Below the pieces are notes generated by a model. The model ran no database searches. It saw only the letters and a list, made by a program, of their open reading frames with translations, and had not been told where the DNA came from. This document shows, in pieces, positions 34,556 to 46,672 of a stretch of 64,000 nucleotides of DNA (the first letter of the stretch is position 1; each line of letters opens with the position of its first letter). The position numbers were made by a program, and so were the translations under genes. The stretch covers positions 5,332,001 through 5,396,000 of the forward strand of contig NC_135830.1 in the NCBI RefSeq assembly GCF_964213995.1, given 5' to 3'. The stretch is from Mustelus asterias. Lineage: Eukaryota.

Positions 34556-34564
34556 ATCAAATGA
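34556..34564 (+). CDS. IGHM: Immunoglobulin mu exon TM2 coding part (I-K-stop)
   Basis: Strong acceptor TCTTTCTTTTACAG|ATC AAA TGA, 140 nt after TM1; candidate AATAAA at 35018. Confidence 0.88.
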   Translation: MK

Positions 34565-36544
34565 TGGGTTGAATTTTGGAAGCTGCAGATTTCCTGCAGC
34601 TGATTATCAAGATCTCTGTATGGATCAAATGCAATATCTGCTCTCGGTGACTCTATCAGTAAAATTCTCTCAGTTTATCATTCTGAATCTGTAACTGAGG
34701 CAATCATAGACGTTAATTCAGTTTTCAGTGTGAAATGTACGAGGCATTTTTTGTTATAATGTAATTGTGGTTAATAGTTTCCCCGTAGTTTAAAGATCAT
34801 GTAGAAATAAGAAACTTTTCTCATTCCTTATTCACATTTGATAATTCCTCTTTCTATTAAGGTCCTGTTTTCTCTTTCTGGTGTATGTAACAGATGTACA
34901 GATACTGACGGATTCCCTGTGCATCTGTTCTGTTCTCAATGTGAAGCTCGATCGTTATGTTCACTTTTCTAACTTTAAAAAAATAATGTTGCTGTAAAAT
35001 ATTCTCTGAATTTTTTAAATAAATATTGAATGAAATTTTAACCAACTCTGGCTTGGCTTAATTCCGTTCTCCAAAACACATCAACTCCGCCCCATTTTCC
35101 CTATTACACGGTTTCCCCTCTTTCCCAGATAGGGATTTTCCCCAGTCATATGTGGGATGTGGTTGAACTCAATGCCCTTTCGTGAAAGAGTCACTGCGCC
35201 ACCCAGTGACCCATCCGTGTAAATACACCTTCATCTCTGCCTTTTTATGATAAAATCCAGATACAGAATGAATGAATAATGAGGAGAACCGCGGTGATTT
35301 CACGCATAAACTGGTCTGTCACTGACGAGTTTCAGGTAATTCTAAACAGCAAAAGGCTCATTCATTAGAGGCCGATGCAGGACAGTGTGTGGCAGAAGAT
35401 AGTTTCCTATACACTGTCCCTTAAAAACACTATCAGTGTCGCTGCAGCGTGGGTTAACAGAGTGTATCTCTCTATATATCGTCCGATGAAATACTTCCCA
35501 GGCAGGCAAACCACAAGCTAGATAGAGAACACATACAGAACAGATGTGCAAACCATGGGGTGAAACCAAGAGAATGAGGTGTATTTCACATAAGCACATC
35601 ATCGATTGCAAATTTCCAAATTATGACTCGTGTTGTGGGATAATTTGAGATGACCAATACTGTCGTTAACTACAGACAATATAAAGCTCACGAGGCAGGT
35701 ATCTCTGTGTGAGGAGGTCAAAATGAACATTCCCACCGGCTCATTTCCAAAACTGGATAGACACGTGATCCTGGGTCCCAGTACGATCTATTCTATGTCT
35801 AAACATTGAATGTCCCCATTCATAAAGTTGCAAAATGCGTTCCCTCGCCAGAAACTTTTAGATATTAATTCTGCAACTACTAAGGCTCCCAGGCCATTGG
35901 CTCTCAACTCTTCGATTTGTCATCATACCTTACAGTGACTTGCTTTTGCTTGAAATGAACAATAATTCATTCAATACATAAATTACATTTAAAATATGAG
36001 CATATGTTTTATAATCATAGTTATTTATTTAATTCTCTTATTGCATCCACATATTTGTAAAGTATTTGTTTCATTCCCATATTATCCTTGTTTCAAGAAT
36101 CATTTAACTCTTTGTTTGTAGTGTCTTATGTATTCTGTCAAAAACCCTGTAAATTGGTTAATAATTTTCCCCTTCAGTCGTATTTAAGATAAGCACATCA
36201 TCGAATACAAATTTTCAAATTATGACTAGATTGGGATCTTTGCGATTGACCAGGGGGAAAAAAAACACAGAAGTTTCAAAAAGCTGGGGCCAATTTGATA
36301 CAATTAACTACTTATTCTCCGAGGCTGGGGCCTTCTGATACAGATGTTTCAGCTTCACAATCAGGAAAAGTCCAGAAAAATCAAATATTTTTACTGATAA
36401 AAGTTTATTAATGAAACAGAACATGGTTAAAACAAACAGAAAATGACCTGAGGATCAAAGACAACCAGAGTAAAAGGATGTTCACAATGTTCTGGACACA
36501 AATGGTTTCTCTTCAGCCCCTCTGTAGCCTGTTCCCTGCCCTCT

Positions 36545-36935
36545 TTGTGGAACACCTCCGCTCAGTCCACAAGCATGACCCTGACCTTCCGCTTGCTTGT
36601 CGTCAGAATTCACCACCTTGCTCTCACACTCACATTACTGTCCTCGGCCTGCTGCAATGTTCCGGAGAAGCCCAACACAAGCTGGACAAACAGCCCCATA
36701 TCTTCCGATGAGGCACTTTACAGCCTTCTGGACTCAACATTGAGTTCAACAACTTCACCCCCTGAACTTGTTTTCATGGTTTTTTGTTTCAGACAGCGAT
36801 GTTCATTATTCTGTCCTGAACACTCACTTCTTTACGACAACCATTACCTCGCCTTTTGCTTCTGTTCTACAAAATTCTTCTCCACAGATGCTGCCAGACC
36901 TGCTGCATTTTTCCAGTTCTTTGTGTTCATTTTAG
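36545..36935 (+). mobile_element. Penelope-like element (second family), GIY-YIG C-terminal fragment and 3' end
   Basis: FVEHLRSV..DLPLA..ITVLGLLQC..HIFR*GTLQPSGLNIEFNNF; tail CACAGATGCTGCCAGACCTGCTG, also seen at about 51220-51330. Confidence 0.7.
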
Positions 36936-37133
36936 AGCTGCATGTAGTAGGGGAAAAACACTATTTACTCTCCTGGAGAAATTAATGTCCTTCATCAGTT
37001 GTTGTGGATCATTTCAGTGGAAATGTGCTCTGCCAGGCTCAAAGGAACCCTCCGACTCTCCCACTTTACCAACTGTCAGAATGAACATGGTTCAGTCCTG
37101 GATGTGATTAACAGCAGAATCCACCTCATGTAA

Positions 37134-37714
37134 GCAAATGTGAACTTGCTGGTGTCTCAGCAGGGAAGTTGACCGAGTGAATCCCTTCCCACACTGAGAG
37201 CAGGTGAATGGCGTCTCCCCGGTGTGAACTCGCTGGTGTGTCTGCAGGGTGGATAACTGAGTGAATCCCTTCCCACAGTCAGAGCAGGTGAACAGTCTCT
37301 CCCCGTATAAAATTGATGGTGTCTCACCTGGGTGGAGGAATCTCGGAATCGCTTCCCATAATCAAAGCAAGTGAATGGTCTTTCCCCAGTGTGAACTCTC
37401 TGGTACTTCTGCAGAGTGGATGAATCTCTGAATCCCTTTCCACACTCAGTGCAGATGAACGGCCTCTCTCCAGTGTGAACTCGCTGGTGTCCGAGCAGGT
37501 TGAATGACTGAGTGAATCCCTTCCCACATTCAGTGCAGATAAAAGGCCTCTCCTCTGTGTGAATTCACTGATGTCTCCACAGGTGGGATAACTGAGTGAC
37601 TCCCTTCCCACAATCAGAGCAAGTAAATGGCCTTTCCACAGTGCGAACGCGTCGGTGACTTTCCAGTCTTGATGGGGTAACGAATCCCTTCCCTCATTCC
37701 CAAGGTTTCTCCAT
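37134..37714 (-). pseudogene. C2H2 zinc-finger pseudogene (about 7 fingers)
   Basis: ACCATGGAGAAACCTTGG start at 37714; frameshifting deletion in finger 1; TGA at 37565-37567. Confidence 0.82.
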
Positions 37715-38137
37715 GGTGCAGGTGTCCTTGTGACTCTCCACATTCAAGAACCAACTGAGGTGTCCACAAACACAGACGACAGAGAGTGTCTTTCCCGACT
37801 CCAAAGGGTAATGTTTTGAAAAACTGTGTAACTAGTTAAAGCTGAAACATTCTCACTCGGATCTCTGTGCGTCCAGGTGCTTTTCCAGTTTAAAATTTTC
37901 TGTTGCAGACAAAATAGACAAACATTTCTCCTACATTCAAAGGCTGATGATATTCAGGTCCCGGTGAATTGAGTGACTGTCAGATATTGATGTGATGTGT
38001 GGTTTGGGATTTCTGTCTGTAAATCCTCACCTTCTGATATCCTGTAAAAGGAATTTACAAAAGTCTTCACTATCAGTACAAGATAGAAATTCAGAATAGA
38101 CAATTCTAGTTTCTATGGAACATTTTTCCCCACTCGT

Positions 38138-38428
38138 TTGGCAGAGTGGTTAGCATTGCTGTCTCACAGCACTTGGGATCTGGGTTTGATTCCCAGCATG
38201 GGTCACTGTCTGTGCAGAGCCTGCACATTCTCCCCGTGTCTGCATGGGTTTCCTTCGGGTGCCCCAGTTTCCTCCCACAATCCAAAAGACGTGCGGGTTA
38301 GGTGGATTGGTCATGCTAAATTCTCCCTCAGTGTACCCAGTGTACGCAAGTGTGGCGACTCGGGGATTTTCACAGTAACTTCATTGCAGTGTTAATGTTA
38401 GCCGGCTTGTGACACTAATACATTAAAA
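38138..38428 (+). mobile_element. V-SINE with an alternative (non-CR1) 3' tail
   Basis: tRNA head plus V-domain, then TTTTCACAGTAACTTCATTGCAGTG...TGTGACACTAATA; the isolated tail also occurs reversed at about 46895-46960. Confidence 0.75.
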
Positions 38429-39049
38429 AGATCCCAAAAGCTGTAAATCTCCGTCCCACACACTCCATTCGCACTCTGATGTGTCTAATATTCACCCTCT
38501 CAATTCTGCTGAATCAGTGAGTCATGTTGATCTATCGATACAAGGTCCTGGAGTCAGACACCCAAACATTTTAATTCAGTAAATGTACATATATCTCTTC
38601 AGATGCACAATTAACTGTCCAGAAAATGTTTGATCGAGAGTGCTGTATCTTTTAATTTGAGACAGAGTAGGGGGTGTGTGAGGAAGAACTTTATTTAGAC
38701 AGCGAGTGGGTATAATCAGAAAATCACACCAGTGGTGGAAGTGGAGAAGAATAATTTAAAATAAATTGGGTTGGGCATCTGAAGGAAATAAACTTGCAGA
38801 GGAACAGGGCTATAGAGGGGTAGTGGGACTGACTGTATTGTCCGACAGAAAGTCGGCATGGACTCGAGTTACTGAATGGACACCTGTGCTGTGAATGTAT
38901 AATGGAAATATATAATGTCGCTAAAGTACTATATTACAAAACTAGAAATAATAAATGTATTTTGTTACAGAACCAATTATGTACCATGTAACAACATTAG
39001 ACAGATGTCTGTCCTATATTTACTGTCCCCCTTAAATGTCAGCCATCTC

Positions 39050-39310
39050 TCGATGTTCCTGACGGTGGGGGAGTTGAGGATAAGGGGTCAACCTTTCAGG
39101 ACTGAAGTGAGAAATTTCTTCACCCAGAGAATGGTGAATGTGTGGAATTCACTCCCACAGAAAGTAGCTGAAGCCAAGACATTGTGTGATTTCAAGAAGA
39201 AATTAGATAGAGTTCTCGGCGCTGAAAGGATATTGGGAGGGCGGGAGGGATCAGAATATTGAATTTGATGATCGGCCATGATCATAATGGATGGTCGAGC
39301 AGGTTTCTAT
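39050..39310 (+). mobile_element. CR1 3' fragment
   Basis: FRTEVRNFFTQRMVNVWNSLP..FKKKLD. Confidence 0.75.
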
Positions 39311-39970
39311 CTCCTGGGGAAACCAGCCCGTGAACATTCGAAAAGAGACCATCCTTTTAGCCAGACAAATAAATGTGTCAAGTTGAGAGAGGAAATTATG
39401 TCAGTGTCTTTAAGAGGTAGAGAAGGAGACCTGGGCCAACCTTTCCAGAGTCGAGAGAGACCTGGGGCAAACCTTTCCAGAGTCTGCAGCCTCCCTGGAT
39501 TCACTTCCTTTCCCTTCAGTTGCTGCAAGGCCCCAATTTCCCCCAGAATGAGAAAAGAAATGGAAAGGGGGAAACATTGATTTCCTCCCAGATGTTACAC
39601 AGAGGAGGGAGTTTTAGTCTGAAGCTCATTGGGGGGGTCAACGGGAATGTGAAGTTGAGGTTACAATCAGATCAGCTGTGTATGTATTGAATGGTGGAGC
39701 AGGTGTGAGGGACGTACCCCTGTTCTGAATATGCATATTCATCTGTTATCACATCCTGTACAATAGATTGTAGCATTTTCCCTCCGGCTGATGTCAGGCT
39801 GATGGGTCTGTGGTTCCCCGTTTTCTCTCTCCCTCCTTAAACAGTGGGGTTACATTTACCACCTTCCAATCTGCAGCAACCATTCCATAGAACATAGAAC
39901 ATAGAACATTACAGCACAGAACAGGCCCTTCGGCCCACGATGTTGTGCCGACCTTCATCTGAAACCAAGA

Positions 39971-42877
39971 TCAAGCTATCCCACTCCCTACCATCCTGGT
40001 GTGCTCCATGTGCCTATCCAATAACCGCTTAAATGTTCCTAAAGTGTCTGACTCCACTATCACTGCAGGCAGTCCATTCCACACCCCAACCACTCTCTGC
40101 GTGAAGAACCTACCTCTGATATCCTTCCTATATCTCCCACCATGAACCCTATAGTTATGCCCCCTTGTAATACCTCCATCCACCCGAGGAAATAGTCTTT
40201 GAACGTTCACTCGATCTATCCCCTTCATCATTTTATAAACCTCTATTAAGTCACCCCTCAATCTCCTCCGCTCCAGAGAGAACAGCCCCAGCTCCCTCAA
40301 CCTTTCCTCATAAGACCGACACTCCAAACCAGGCAGCATCCTGGTAAATCTCCTCTGCACTCTTTCCAGCGCTTCCACATCCTTCTTATAGTGAGGTGAC
40401 CAGAACTGCACGCAATATTCCAAATGCGGTCTCACCAAGGTCCTGTACAGTTGCAGCATAACCCCACGGCTCTTAAATTCCAACCCCCTGTTAATAAAAG
40501 CTAACACACTATAGGCCTTCTTCACAGCTCTATCCACTTGAGTGGCAACCTTTAGAGATCTGTGGATATGGACCCCAAGATCTCTCTGTTCCTCCACAGT
40601 CTTCAGAACCCTACCTTTGACCCTGTAATCCACATTTAAATTAGTCCTACCAAAATGAATCACCTCACATTTATCAGGGTTAAACTCCATTTGCCATTTT
40701 TCAGCCCAGCTTTGCATCCTATCTATGTCTCTTTGCAGCCTACAACAGCCCTCCAACTCATCCACTACTCCACCAATCTTGGTGTCATCAGCAAATTTAC
40801 TGATCCACCCTTCAGCCCCCTCCTCTTAGTCATTAATAAAAATCACAAAGAGCAGAGGACCAAGCACCGATCCCTGCGGCACTCCGCTAGCAACCTGCCT
40901 CCAGTCCGAAAATTTTCCATCCACCACCACCCTCTGTCTTCGATCAGATAGCCAGTTACCTATCCAATCGGCCAACTTTCCCTCTATCCCACACCTCCTT
41001 ACTTTCATCATAAGCCGACCATGGGGGACCTTATCAAACGCCTTACTAAAATCCATGTATATGACATCAACTGCCCTACCTTCATCAACACACTTAGTTA
41101 CCTCCTCAAAAAATTCTATCAAATTTGTGAGGCACGATTTGCCCTTCACAAATCCGTGCTGACTATCCCGGATTAATCTGCATCTTTCTCAATGGTCGTA
41201 AATCCCATCCCTAAGGACCTTTTCCATCAATTTACCAACCACCGAAGTCAGACTAACCGGTCTATAATTACCAGGGTCATTTCTATTCCCTTTCTTAAAC
41301 AGAGGAACAACATTTGCCACTCTCCAGTCCTCTGGCACCATCCCCGTGGACAGCGACGACCCAAAGATCAAAGCCAAAGGCTCTGCAATCTCATCCCTCG
41401 CCTCCCAAAGAATCCTAGGATACATTTCATCAGGCCCAGGGGACTTATCGACCTTCAGTTTATTCAAAACTGCCAATACATCCTCCCTCCGAACATCTAT
41501 TTCCTCCAGCCTATTAGCCTGTAACACCTTCTCTTCCTCAAAAACATGGCCCCTCTCCTTGGTGAACACTGAAGAAAAGTATTCATTCATCACCTCGCCT
41601 ATCTCTACTGATTCCATACACAAGTTCCCACCACTGTCCTTGACCGGCCCTAACCTCACCCTGGTCATTCTTTTATTCCTCACATAAGAGTAAAAAGCCT
41701 TGGGGTTTTGCTTGATCCGACCCGCCAAGGACTTCTCATGTCCCCTCCTAGCTCTCCTCAGCCCCTTTTTCAGCTCATTCCTTGCTAACTTGTAACCCTC
41801 AATCGAGCCATCTGAACCTTGTTTCCTCATCCCTACATAAGCTTCCCTCTTCCTTTTCACAAGACATTCCACCTCTTTTGTGAACCACGGTTCCCTCACT
41901 TGGCCATTTCCTCCCTGCCTGACAGGGACATACCTATCAAGGACACCCAGTATTTGTTCCTTGAAAAAGTTCCACTTTTCATCAGTGCCTTTCCCTGACA
42001 GTTTCTGTTCCCATCTTATGCCCCCTAATTCTTGCCTAATCGCATCATAATTACCTCTCCCCCAATTGTAAGCCTTGCCCTGCCGTCCGGCCCTATCCCT
42101 CTCCATTGCAATAACAAAAGACACCGAATTGTGGTCACTATCTCCAAAGTTCTCTCCCACAACCAAATCTAACACTTGGCCCGGTTCATTTCCCAGTACC
42201 AAATCCAATGTGGCCTCACCCCTTGTCGGCCTATCCACATATTGTGTCAGGAAACCCTCCTGCACACACTGCACAAAAAGTGCCCCATCCAAACTATTTG
42301 ACCTACAAAGGTTCCAATCAATATTTGGAAAGTTAAAGTCCCCCATGACAACTACCCTGTGACCCCCACACGCATCCATAATCTGCTTTGCAATTTCTTC
42401 CTCCACATCTCTATTACTATTTGGGGGCCTATAGTAAACTCCTAGCAACGTGACCGCTCCTTTCCTGTTTCTAACTGCAGCCCATATTACCTCAGTGTGC
42501 ATATCCCCCTCAAAGTGCTTTTCCGCAGCCGTTAAACTATCCTTGATTAACAATGCTACTCCTCCACCTCTTTTACCAGCTTCCCTACACTTACTGAAAC
42601 ATCTATACCCCGGAACGTCCAACAACCATTCCTGTCCTTGTTCTACCCATGTCTCCGTAATGGCCACAACATCGTAGTCCCAAGTAGCAATCCACGCCCC
42701 AAGTTCATCCACCTTGTTCTGGATGCTCCTTGCATTGAAGTAGACACACTTCAACCCATCTTCCTGTCTACCAGTACCCACCCTTGACCTTGATACCTTC
42801 CCCAATATCTCACCACCCTCAACACTGACTTCCGGACTACAACTCCTTTTCCCACTCCCCTGACAAATTAGTTTAAA
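39971..42877 (-). pseudogene. CR1 ORF2 (APE endonuclease plus reverse transcriptase), two nonsense mutations
   Basis: YFNARS, ITETW, GDFN, SDH, KAFDKV, KFADD motifs; stops at 41189-41191 and 40826-40828, both Leu TTA in the sister copy; no frameshift. Confidence 0.92.
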
Positions 42878-43794
42878 TCCCCCTGAAGAGCCGTAGCAAA
42901 TTTCCCTCCCAGGATATTGGTGCCCCTCTGGTTCAGGTGCACCCCGTCCTGTTTGTAGAGGTCCCACCTTCCCCAGAACGTGTTCCAATTATCCACGTAT
43001 CTGAAACCCTCCCTCCTGCACCATCCCTGCAACCACATGTTTAAGTGCACTCTCTCCCTGTTCCTCAACTCGCTATCACGTGGCACCGGTAGCGTACCAG
43101 AGATGACCACATGTTTTGTCTTTGCTCTCAGCTTCCAGCCCAGCTCCCGAAATTCCTGTTTTAAATCCCCGTCCCTTCTCTTACCTATGTCGTTGGTACC
43201 AATGTGTACCACGACTTGTGACTGTTTCCCCTCCCCCTTAAGAATCCGGAAAACACGGTCCGAGACGTCACGGACCCTGCCATCCGCTAGGCAACAAACC
43301 ATCCTCGAGTCTCTTTTGCTGCCACAGAACCTCCTATCTATCCCTCTAACTAATGAGTCCCCAATAACTATTGCCCTCCCGCTCTCCTCCTTACCCTCCT
43401 GAGCCACAGGGACGGACTCAGTGCCGGAGATCCTCTCACTGCGGCTCACCACTGGTATGTCGTCCCCCTCAACCGTATCCAAAGCGGAATACTTCTTGCT
43501 AAGGGGAACGACCACAGGGGATCCCTGCACCGACTGCTTCTTCCCAGCCCCTCTCACCGTCACCCATCTATTTTCATTCCTCGGAGTAACTGTATCCCTG
43601 AAGCTTCTGTCTATGGCCATCTCTGCATCCCTAATGATCCTAAGTTCCTCCAACTCCAGCTCCAGTTCCCTTACACGGTTTTGGAGGAGCTGCAGATGGA
43701 TGCACTTCTCACAGGTATAATCAACAGGGACACTGACGTCGTCCCTCACCTCGAACATAGTGCAAGAGGAACATTGCACTGCCTTCACACCCAT
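42868..43794 (-). CDS. CR1 ORF1 protein (CxxC zinc finger/leucine zipper plus SGNH esterase)
   Basis: CSSC..CEKC, coiled coil, IVIGDSLVRG, HIGTND, DGVHLN; 308 aa intact. Confidence 0.92.
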   Translation of the reverse strand: MGVKAVQCSSCTMFEVRDDVSVPVDYTCEKCIHLQLLQNRVRELELELEELRIIRDAEMAIDRSFRDTVTPRNENRWVTVRGAGKKQSVQGSPVVVPLSKKYSALDTVEGDDIPVVSRSERISGTESVPVAQEGKEESGRAIVIGDSLVRGIDRRFCGSKRDSRMVCCLADGRVRDVSDRVFRILKGEGKQSQVVVHIGTNDIGKRRDGDLKQEFRELGWKLRAKTKHVVISGTLPVPRDSELRNRERVHLNMWLQGWCRREGFRYVDNWNTFWGRWDLYKQDGVHLNQRGTNILGGKFATALQGDLN

Positions 43795-44582
43795 CCCCTC
43801 TAGATACCTTGCCAGTACCAGGTAGAAACAGCAAAAAATGAATTAACTCACCCCTGCTCGCCCTTTCTGCCTAAGCCCTGTGAGCCAAAGTCCTACAGCA
43901 TTCACTCTGCCTCCTGCTCACTCTGCTGCCCGCTAACGACGCTGCCCGCTCAAAAGTGCGGCCTACTTTTAAACCCTCCAAAAACCTTCCCAGACTCCTG
44001 CTGGGCCCACTTCCTGTTTTAAAAAAAACCTCCGATTTTTTTACACAAATTTAACTTAAAATAAATAAATAAATGTAGTGAACACACCAACTGCCTTCTC
44101 CTCAGCCTGGTCCTGTGGAATCTATAGAATTTGGAAAGATGACCACCAATGTATCCACTATCTCCACAGCCACCTCTTCCAACACTCTGGGATGTAGATC
44201 AGCAGCTTTTTGGGGATTTATTCACTTCCAACCCCATTCATTTTCCCAGTGCTACTTTTTCACTAATACTAATCTCTTTCAGTTCCGCAGGCTCACTACT
44301 CCCTCTGCATGCTTTGTGCGCCTTCCAAATAGTATTGTGAACAAAATATCTTTGAACTTCCAAACACCCTTTCACTCTGTGATCCTTGAGAAATCCAAAG
44401 CCAGATATTCAAAACAAGGTTAAAAGATTATCAGCCCACTGGAGGCAAAGTGGTGAGACCGGCCAGTCCAGCAGAAAGAGAGCCTCCAATTCTCCCCAGT
44501 GACCAACTGTGAGAATGAACAAAATGCAGTCCTGGATGTAATTGAGAGCAGAAACAATAACAGCAGAATCCAACTCCTGGAA

Positions 44583-45173
44583 TCACTTGTGAATTCGCTG
44601 GTGTCTCCGCAGGTTGGATAACTGAGTGAATCCTTTCCCACACTGAGAGCAGGAGAACGGTCTCTCCTTGGTGTGAACTCGCTGGTGTGTCTGAAGAGTA
44701 GATAACTGAGCAAATCCCTTCTTGCACTGAGGGCAGGTGAATGGTCTCTCCCCAGTGTGAAACCGTTGGTGTGTCTTCAGATGGGATAACTGAGTGAACC
44801 CATTCCCGCATTGAGAGCAGGTGAACGGCCTCTCCCTAGTGTGAACTCGCTGGTGTGTCTGCAGGCTGGATGACTGAGTGAATCCTTTCCCACACTGAGA
44901 GCAGATGAATGGTCTCTCCTCATTGTGAACTCGCTGGTGTGTCTGCAGGGCGGATGACTGAGTGAATCTCTTCCCACAATGAAAGCAGATGAATGGCCTT
45001 TCCTCATTGTGAACTCTCTGATGTGTCTGCAGAGTGGATAATCGACTGAATCCATTCCCACACTGAGAACAGGTGAACGGTCTCTCCCCAGTGTGGCTGC
45101 GTCGATGGGTTTCCAGGTGAGAAGGGTATCTAAATCCCTTCCCACAGTCCCCACATTTCCACCGTTTCTCGAT
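44583..45173 (-). CDS. C2H2 zinc-finger gene, 7 intact fingers, start codon ATG>ATC (ZNF-F; coding status uncertain)
   Basis: ACC ATC GAG AAA at the paralogous start position (45171-45173); no in-frame ATG; acceptor TTTTACAG gives an exon start at 45535. Confidence 0.6.
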   Translation of the reverse strand: MEKRWKCGDCGKGFRYPSHLETHRRSHTGERPFTCSQCGNGFSRLSTLQTHQRVHNEERPFICFHCGKRFTQSSALQTHQRVHNEERPFICSQCGKGFTQSSSLQTHQRVHTRERPFTCSQCGNGFTQLSHLKTHQRFHTGERPFTCPQCKKGFAQLSTLQTHQRVHTKERPFSCSQCGKGFTQLSNLRRHQRIHK

Positions 45174-45816
45174 GGTGCAGGTGTCCTTGTGACTCTCCAG
45201 GTCGGACAATCAGTTGAACCCTCATCCATACACAGAACACGGGTACAGTCTCTCCCCGCTGTGAATGCTGCGATGTTTTTTCAGGCTGTGCAACTGAAGT
45301 GTTTTCCACATGCAATGCACTGGAACACTCTCTCCCTGGTGTTTGTGAGATTCGGTGCTTTTCCAGTCACACTGATATTTAAAATCTCCTGAAGCAGACA
45401 GAACAGAAAAACATTTCTCCTTCTCGATTCAAAGGCCGTTGATATTCAGGTCCCGTTGAATTGAGTGACTCTGTCAGATGTTGACATGATGTTTGGTTTA
45501 AGATTTCTGTCTGTAAATCCTCACCTTCTGATAGCCTGTAAAAACAATTTACAAAAGTCATCAGTCAATACAGGATAGAAATTCAGAACAGACAATTCTA
45601 GTTTCTATGGAACATTCTTTCCTCTCTCATTCCCCAAAAGCTGTGAATCTCCATCCCACACACTCTCCCTCCATTCTCACTCTGCTGTATCTAATATTCA
45701 CCCTCCCAATTCTCCTGAAGGTGCTGATTGAGGCTGATTGACAGGTCCATGCTCACTGCTTCCTGTCCTGGACACAGAGAGCTGGAAATCTCCATGCAGG
45801 CTGCCAGACAGTCTCT

Positions 45817-46672
45817 ATAGAGTCACAGAGGTTTACAGCATGGAAACAGGCCCTTCGGCCCAATTTGTCCATGCCGCCTTTTTTCTTAAACCCTTAAGCT
45901 AGTCCCAATTGCCCGCATTTGGTCCATATCCCTCTAAACCCATCTTACCCATGTAACTGTCTAAATGCTTTTTAAAAGTCAAAATTGTACCCGCCTCCAC
46001 TACTATCTCTGGCAGCTTGTTCCAGACACTCATCACCCTCTGTGTGAAAAAATTGCCCCTCTCACCTTAAACTTATGCCCTCTAGTTTTAGACTCCCCTA
46101 CTTTGGGAAAAGATATTGACTATCGAGCTGATCTGTGCCCCTCATTATTTTATAGACCTCTATAAGATCACCCCTCAGCCTCCTATGCTCCAGACAAAAA
46201 AGTCCCAGTCTATCCAGCCTTATAACTCAAACCATCAAGTCCCGGTAGCATCCTAATAATTCTTTTCTGCACTCTTTCTAGTTTAATAATATCATTTCTA
46301 TAATAGGGTGACCAGAACTGTACACAGCATTCCAAGTGTGGCCTTACCAATGTCTTGTCCAGCTTCAACAAGACGTCCCAACTCCTGTATTCAATGTTCT
46401 GACCACTGAAATCAAGCATGCCGAATGCCTTCTTCACCACTCACAAAGCCATGCTGACTGTCCCTAATCAGTACTTGCATCTCTAAATGCCTGTAGATCC
46501 TGTCTCTCAAAATACCTTCCAACAACTTACCCACCATAGATGTGAGGCTCACCGGCCTATAGTTCCCAGGCTTTTCCCTGCAGCACTTTTTAAACAAAGG
46601 CACAACATTTGCCACCCTCCAATCTTCAGGCACCTCACCTGTGACTATCGATGATACAAATATCTCTGCTAT
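45817..46672 (-). mobile_element. CR1 family B fragment with internal deletion
   Basis: [18 protein letters not shown] joined to LVRPHLEC..; tail as at 63200-63249. Confidence 0.85.

Larger units (their letters stand above)
39887..44116 (-). mobile_element. Full-length CR1 LINE (family A), inserted in an older CR1 fragment
   Basis: 5' UTR, intact ORF1, ORF2 with two in-frame nonsense codons, (TTCTATG)n tail; host sequence at 39760-39886 resumes at about 44117. Confidence 0.93.
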
